DNA of 64,000 nucleotides from a virus. How positions within the stretch are numbered: the first letter of the stretch is position 1; each line of letters starts with the position of its first letter. Positions 58,686-64,000 of this stretch are shown here, in pieces. The position numbers were made by a program, and so were the translations under genes. The stretch is from IMG/VR virus record IMGVR_UViG_3300045988_173544. The stretch is one strand, 5' to 3'. Under the pieces are notes generated by a model that did not search any database, was not told the DNA's origin, and saw only the letters and a list, made by a program, of their open reading frames with translations.

Positions 58686-61367
58686 CTATGGTTCTTCACC
58701 TTCTCCAGGTTCTGTGACTTCTGGAGTTTCCCATAAATCATCATCGTTCCAAGCTTCTTGAACTAATACATCAACAGTAGTTGCGCTAGCTCCATCCATT
58801 ATAACGTCTATAATTAATTCTTCACTAGCCATAAAACAAGGTAACAAGCAAGTTTCATCCCCTGTGTGTTCTGGAGCTCTCGTACAAGTTAAATCTGCGT
58901 AGCGTAGCTTGATACCTCTTATGTAGTTATCAGCTTCACCTGCCATAGGGTCAGGTATTACGTCATTATCAAATGAGAACACAACACCGCTGTTTGGCTC
59001 ATTGTTAGCGTCATAGTAGTATGTTCCAGTTACTTCAGTTGTTGAAGCAAGACCCCAGTCAACCTTGAACTTACCTGAAACTTCCAATTCTGCTAAGCTA
59101 TTTTCAATCATATAGTTTTCGATATCAGCACAACGTACTGTTAAATCATAAGTATGTTGTTCTGTTACAGGGTTTGTGCAATTAACCGTGTATACACCAT
59201 CCTCAGCTAGAGTAAATTCTTCAGTTGAATAATATCTCGTAAACTTAGGGACACCTTGACATCTTACCCCTACGTTAGAGATTTCACAACCTTTATGCTT
59301 ACGTGCTAATTCCATAGGGAATGTTAATAGTCCTGTTTCCTCGTTGAATAAATATGTTTCATCCATTGTAAATTGGACACCATCTACGTTCATTATTATT
59401 GATACAGGCTGAGTTACCAATGTTGAGTCTCCTGTGATGGCAGTACATCTAAGAGTGAAGTAAGCAGAGAATGTGTCAACTTCAATAGCAGGTTGACAGA
59501 TACCAAGAGCATGTGCTCTCCAGCTCGACATCATATCTTCAGAGATGAACTCGATTATATAATCTTTACCTGCTTCTAATTCAGGCTCTTCGCCCAACCA
59601 GTCAATCATAGTCTCATCCCATCTAATGATAGGAGAATAATCTGTGTCATTTTTAAAGAATACTCTTATGACACTTACTATACCATCATAATCAACCAAG
59701 GTATCAATCATACCTGTGTTAATCGTTGAACCTGGAGTTATTGTGAAAGAAAACTCTAAGTCAGAACTTGCTTGCGCCATTACTTCTCCAATATCTATAG
59801 AGTAGTAAGAGCAGTTTTTCTCTACAGATACAGAAAGATTTGTAGAACCTACAATATCTCTCTTGTACTTATAGATACCGTTGGTGTCAATCGGGAAGTT
59901 ATCATCTCTGATAAACCCTGTTTCGTTTTGGAAGTCTGCAAGGTCTTCATGAACTTCAATCCAAGACATTGCTGTGTTGATTTGGTTAGTCACAACGTCA
60001 TACAAGCTATTGAAGTTTGCTGTGATGTTAGTAACTTCAGTTGCTAATTGGTTAAGAACATCCTGTCTTGTGGACTCAATATCTGAATTAATTACGGCAA
60101 CATTTTGGTCAACATAACTTAATAAAGAATTTCTGTTCGCATTAATACTATCTGTTAAAGTTGTACGAACCTCTTCCAATTCTGTTTTTGTTGCCATATC
60201 AAGAACTGTTTCTCTAACGTAATCAGCGTAGGCTATTGTGTTCTTTTCAGCTAGCTGTACGTTTTCCCACATCTTCGTACATTCTTGAGTTTGTTCTGCA
60301 ACTTGGACAGAATAGTTATAAACTTTTGTAACCCCGGCTGTGAATTGCTCAGCATTCGTATCTATGTAGTTTACAGTTTCCCTCTGAATTCTTAAAAATT
60401 CTTCATGATATTGTTCATAGTAGTAATCAAGGGCGTCTTTACATTCCTGATATTTAGCGTCGATACCGGCAATCTGCTCTTCTAAATTGAGCTTAATATC
60501 CTTCATCTGTAAATAATACCATTTACAAGATTGGTCATCTCCGCCTTCAGGGTTGTAATCGCCTATAGCATAAGTTCTACATTGAGTTACATAATTAAGC
60601 ATATCAGCTTGGGCTGTAGACTCAGCTACGTGTGTATCGATAAAATACCTAATAACGACTTCCACGCTTTCTTCAGTTTCGGGAACAACAATTGGGTACT
60701 CCAAATGTACAGTACGATTATCGTTATAAGGCATTGTATAAGTAGCTGGATTAATAAGGACACCATTTTCGTATACAAACAATACCTCCTTGCTTTGACA
60801 AATACCGTTTAACACAAACTCGTTAGTTGTTTCGTAAACAGTAAAAGTTTCAGAAAGAAGTGCTGTTGAATAAGAGTCAATTCTGTCCCATTTAAAATCT
60901 TCGGTACTTTCTTGACGTCTCATGTACATATAACCAGTAGAAATATCAATATACAGAGTACCGAAAGCTCTTACTTCCCCAGTTTCGTTAGGGTCTCCGG
61001 CTTTTTGAACAATTATTCTGTCCAAATCACTCTGGGAAATCATCTTAATCCAACCGGTTGCGCCTTCACCAATCATCTTAATATACACATCACCTGTGGT
61101 TGTGCTCTGATAAAGAGTTCCTATAGGTGCTGATACATTATCTGACGGGTCAGCATATTCACCGTTAGTTATATAAGATTTATCTTTAGCTCTGTTCGGA
61201 ATAACATAAGTATGCGCATTACCATCTACATCGTAGAACTCAAGTTGGACATCCATCGGAGTTGTATTGTAGAAAATATTGTACCAAGATTGTGCGAGAT
61301 TGCTGTAATTAAATTGCACTCTTGATAGGGCTTCTGCGACTTCGGTTATGGAAATTTCTTCTGGCAT
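58686..61367 (-). CDS. large tail/baseplate structural protein (893 aa)
   Basis: long operonic ORF. Confidence 0.55.
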   Translation of the reverse strand: MPEEISITEVAEALSRVQFNYSNLAQSWYNIFYNTTPMDVQLEFYDVDGNAHTYVIPNRAKDKSYITNGEYADPSDNVSAPIGTLYQSTTTGDVYIKMIGEGATGWIKMISQSDLDRIIVQKAGDPNETGEVRAFGTLYIDISTGYMYMRRQESTEDFKWDRIDSYSTALLSETFTVYETTNEFVLNGICQSKEVLFVYENGVLINPATYTMPYNDNRTVHLEYPIVVPETEESVEVVIRYFIDTHVAESTAQADMLNYVTQCRTYAIGDYNPEGGDDQSCKWYYLQMKDIKLNLEEQIAGIDAKYQECKDALDYYYEQYHEEFLRIQRETVNYIDTNAEQFTAGVTKVYNYSVQVAEQTQECTKMWENVQLAEKNTIAYADYVRETVLDMATKTELEEVRTTLTDSINANRNSLLSYVDQNVAVINSDIESTRQDVLNQLATEVTNITANFNSLYDVVTNQINTAMSWIEVHEDLADFQNETGFIRDDNFPIDTNGIYKYKRDIVGSTNLSVSVEKNCSYYSIDIGEVMAQASSDLEFSFTITPGSTINTGMIDTLVDYDGIVSVIRVFFKNDTDYSPIIRWDETMIDWLGEEPELEAGKDYIIEFISEDMMSSWRAHALGICQPAIEVDTFSAYFTLRCTAITGDSTLVTQPVSIIMNVDGVQFTMDETYLFNEETGLLTFPMELARKHKGCEISNVGVRCQGVPKFTRYYSTEEFTLAEDGVYTVNCTNPVTEQHTYDLTVRCADIENYMIENSLAELEVSGKFKVDWGLASTTEVTGTYYYDANNEPNSGVVFSFDNDVIPDPMAGEADNYIRGIKLRYADLTCTRAPEHTGDETCLLPCFMASEELIIDVIMDGASATTVDVLVQEAWNDDDLWETPEVTEPGEGEEP

Positions 61368-61404
61368 ATTATTAACTTCCTTGTATATTCGTTTCTTATT
61401 ATAA

Positions 61405-62022
61405 TTAAGTTGTTCTGTTCTTTCTGTTGACGTCCATCAACTGACGAGCCTTCTTCAATAAAGATTTGTTTATGATAGGCGGGGTCATTCTCTCGTAACG
61501 GTAGTCATGTAAAACATCACGCACGTGAGAGAAGTTTGTTTTCAATACATCTGCCACCTTGTGCACAGACCTGTATTGAGTGTAATATTTGAAGATTTTA
61601 CGAACCATCGGAGCTTCTACAGGGTCAATAACTATTTCTCCAGCGTCATTTAGTTTATATCCGTGAGGGATACCTCCAGCTCTTTCGTCAGCTAACTCTT
61701 GAGCTTTGTCTAATATAGCATTAACCTTGTCAATAATTTCCGAAATATTGTTGTAAATCATCGAAATGAAGTCGTCTAAGGATTTAGCGTTGTACACAAG
61801 AAAGTGATAACCTTTATTTGTGTAATATTCTTTTGCCATCGCATTTGCTTCAGTATTAACAATGAGATATATTTTAGCGTCAGATTTTACCTGAAATTTA
61901 TAAATATATCCTCCCAATCCAGGGACATTTTTAAAATACCCCTTAGCAAATTTTTTGTAGGAGTCGGCTTTTCTTAATCCAGATAAATCTTTTGCGAGTG
62001 TTTTACTGACTGTTGATGGCAT
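61405..62022 (-). CDS. hypothetical protein with a region resembling the recombinase domain of large serine recombinases (GYKLNDAGEIVIDPVEAPMVRKIF)
   Basis: weak motif similarity only. Confidence 0.4.
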   Translation of the reverse strand: MPSTVSKTLAKDLSGLRKADSYKKFAKGYFKNVPGLGGYIYKFQVKSDAKIYLIVNTEANAMAKEYYTNKGYHFLVYNAKSLDDFISMIYNNISEIIDKVNAILDKAQELADERAGGIPHGYKLNDAGEIVIDPVEAPMVRKIFKYYTQYRSVHKVADVLKTNFSHVRDVLHDYRYERMTPPIINKSLLKKARQLMDVNRKNRTT

Positions 62023-62117
62023 TCCTTAGTCCTATCTCTCACGACCTTCTCCCAATAATTTAACGCACTATTAAATTATTTCGTGTAGGTGAACAATAGA
62101 GAATATTACGAGAAAAT

Positions 62118-63620
62118 ATGGCTACAATTAATAATCAAAATAGTTTATACTGGGTGTTCACTGCTTATGGAATGCAGCGCCTCGCAACATTTAATACAGA
62201 AGACCACTTATATTTATACAAAGCTAAAATCGGTAACTATGACTGGTATACCGACGAAATGCACTATTTAGGAGAAGCAGGTTATTCCGAAACTCTTTTC
62301 AGAAGATATTTTGAAGAAGGGACCGGAACTAATCTGGGAAGTGAAATACCTAACAGCACAACCTTTATAAGTAATAAATCTCTCGATAGTACAAACAAAA
62401 TTGTTACCTTATCTGTCACTATCCCTGAAGATTTTAGTGCATGTGATATTAGGGAACTTGGATTATATGAAACTATTGGTGGTGTTGATTATCTGTTCGC
62501 TATAGTTACATTCCAACCTATCCCTAAACCAACTATAGATACAAATCATAGGATAGCAGTTCAGTTTAACATTAACCTGAAGTCTGAAACTCTTTCTAAT
62601 TACTACAATAATATTACATTAGACCCTAATAACAACTATGCTACCGTAGATGAAATTGAGCAGGTTAATGAAAATTTATTATTCGTTGAAACAAATTTAG
62701 CTGAACAAATCAGTAATAACACTAACCATATTGGTCTTAATAGACCTCAACAGCTTTATGAACGTATGGAAGAAGATAAGGAAAAATACGCAAGTTTCTC
62801 TGCTTCCACAACGTTTACAAACCTCTTAAATGCAACATCTTTGGACAAGGTTAAATCATTCTGGGTATTCCAGCACACTAACGACCTTACTCAAACTGTT
62901 TCTATTGCTGATTTAAGTATTAATGGATTAAACCTAGAAACAGACCAGTTGGTAACTTTATACGATAGAGACTATCAAGGTCTTTGTTCTTACTTAGATT
63001 TCCCCGCTCCTCATTACTACAGACTAAACAGGGTTTATGATTTCGATTTATTAGATATCGACCAAGTTATTGATAACGGTGTAGGACAAGACCCAACAAT
63101 TATTTACAAAGATAGTCCGTTCACGTTCTTCTTTGTAGGAGCTCAAAATACTAACGACCACGCTTGTACTTTCATAGCTAAGGATAATGAGTTCCCTAAA
63201 ACAATTCCGGCATTCAGAATACAGGTTACTCAGGATAGAGAATTATTGTTACGTATGTATACAGATAGAGATAATTATACAGAATACGTAACAGGTGCTA
63301 ACACTGTTCCTAAAGCTGGAGAATTTTATGTAGCTACAATATCTTATGATGGTAATATTGACTACCCACATTTCAGTGCAACTATTAACGCAGGTGTTGT
63401 TAGTGGAAGTGTTAATCGTGTAGGTACTTATACTGGTATGACTAAAGTTGATTTACACATGACTCCTTATATAACAACTTCTCATGACCATACAGATTAT
63501 GTAGACTCTAAGATATGTATAATGTCTTTAGTTAAGGACAAATTATCAGACGAGTATATAAGAGCTACATCTTATGGTCTTATGGCACTTATAGGAAAGA
63601 ACCCATGCCTAATACAGTAA
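62118..63620 (+). CDS. hypothetical structural protein (500 aa), first gene of a + strand module
   Basis: ORF; strand switch at ~62050. Confidence 0.55.
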   Translation: MATINNQNSLYWVFTAYGMQRLATFNTEDHLYLYKAKIGNYDWYTDEMHYLGEAGYSETLFRRYFEEGTGTNLGSEIPNSTTFISNKSLDSTNKIVTLSVTIPEDFSACDIRELGLYETIGGVDYLFAIVTFQPIPKPTIDTNHRIAVQFNINLKSETLSNYYNNITLDPNNNYATVDEIEQVNENLLFVETNLAEQISNNTNHIGLNRPQQLYERMEEDKEKYASFSASTTFTNLLNATSLDKVKSFWVFQHTNDLTQTVSIADLSINGLNLETDQLVTLYDRDYQGLCSYLDFPAPHYYRLNRVYDFDLLDIDQVIDNGVGQDPTIIYKDSPFTFFFVGAQNTNDHACTFIAKDNEFPKTIPAFRIQVTQDRELLLRMYTDRDNYTEYVTGANTVPKAGEFYVATISYDGNIDYPHFSATINAGVVSGSVNRVGTYTGMTKVDLHMTPYITTSHDHTDYVDSKICIMSLVKDKLSDEYIRATSYGLMALIGKNPCLIQ

Positions 63621-64000
63621 CACTATCAAATGGAACACAAACATATTCAGGTACGCTTATACTAACAGACTATGGACAAAGTAGGCTGCTAGAACGTATT
63701 AATGAAAGATACTCTGAGAATGATGAAGGTGTGATGGAAGGTGACGGTAGTTTCTCTCCCTATAACCTCAATACTATTATCTTAGGTAATAAGATTAATA
63801 ATAGTTATAATAGTAGTATTACTACTATGGGTGAGGAAGGTCAAGTATTTACTATTACTGATGAGAATATTACTGTTGTAGGGAGCACTGCTAGAATTAA
63901 TACAGAACTTGAGATTAGTAACAATATGACTATCCAAGAGATAGGTGTATTTGAGTTGGTTAATGGTAGTAGAAGACTATTTGCTTATGCTTCTGGTTTC
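63605..64000 (+). CDS. hypothetical protein, partial (continues beyond the window)
   Basis: ORF starting at ATG 63605 and overlapping the previous stop. Confidence 0.45.
   Translation, partial: MPNTVTLSNGTQTYSGTLILTDYGQSRLLERINERYSENDEGVMEGDGSFSPYNLNTIILGNKINNSYNSSITTMGEEGQVFTITDENITVVGSTARINTELEISNNMTIQEIGVFELVNGSRRLFAYASGF

Noticed and set aside
1-64000. Integrase/excisionase or attachment sites indicating a prophage
   Set aside because: None found. 61405..62022 has only a weak recombinase-domain-like stretch without the catalytic N-terminal domain.

Overview
This 64-kb window is AT-rich, gene-dense and almost entirely coded on the minus strand. It looks like part of a large virulent tailed phage, not a bacterial chromosome.

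Gene content in brief:
- 0-17.6 kb: an array of roughly 35 small early genes. Nearly every one has its own copy of a near-identical consensus sigma70 promoter (TTGACA-17-TATAAT; on the + strand it reads ...ttattataacacatgataataattttgtcaact) and a conserved 5' UTR/RBS (AGGAGATACGAACA-ATG). I counted about 45 such promoters across the window.
- 17.7-27.3 kb: a repeat-rich mosaic region with tandem repeats, a family of + strand promoters, candidate small RNAs, and a ribbon-helix-helix (RHH) regulator with operator-like repeats.
- A TnpB/Cas12f-like RuvC nuclease gene (27385..28767).
- An SPFH/flotillin gene that is split from its N-terminal membrane helix by an in-frame TAG.
- A pyruvoyl-type AdoMet-decarboxylase-like gene on the + strand.
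- A translation-RNA island at 34.4-44.0 kb: at least 22 tRNAs, a tmRNA whose tag reads ANNVIKADFGYRTAIAA, an HNH endonuclease, several GC-rich structured noncoding blocks I could not resolve, and a CCA-adding enzyme.
- Thioredoxin, a BspA-like leucine-rich-repeat (LRR) protein, a RecD-like helicase, and a tail/baseplate module with a repeat-containing tail fiber.

The most striking feature is a 7-repeat CRISPR array (49809..50225; 36-bp repeats, 29-30-bp spacers) inside the structural operon, with no adjacent cas genes. A 15-nt core of that repeat occurs in opposite orientation in a promoter-driven noncoding RNA immediately downstream of the TnpB-like gene, so the two transcripts would base-pair like a tracrRNA and a crRNA. 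I read this as a candidate phage-encoded miniature TnpB/Cas12f-like CRISPR system split across two loci. All calls rest on sequence inspection only; no homology search or folding was run.
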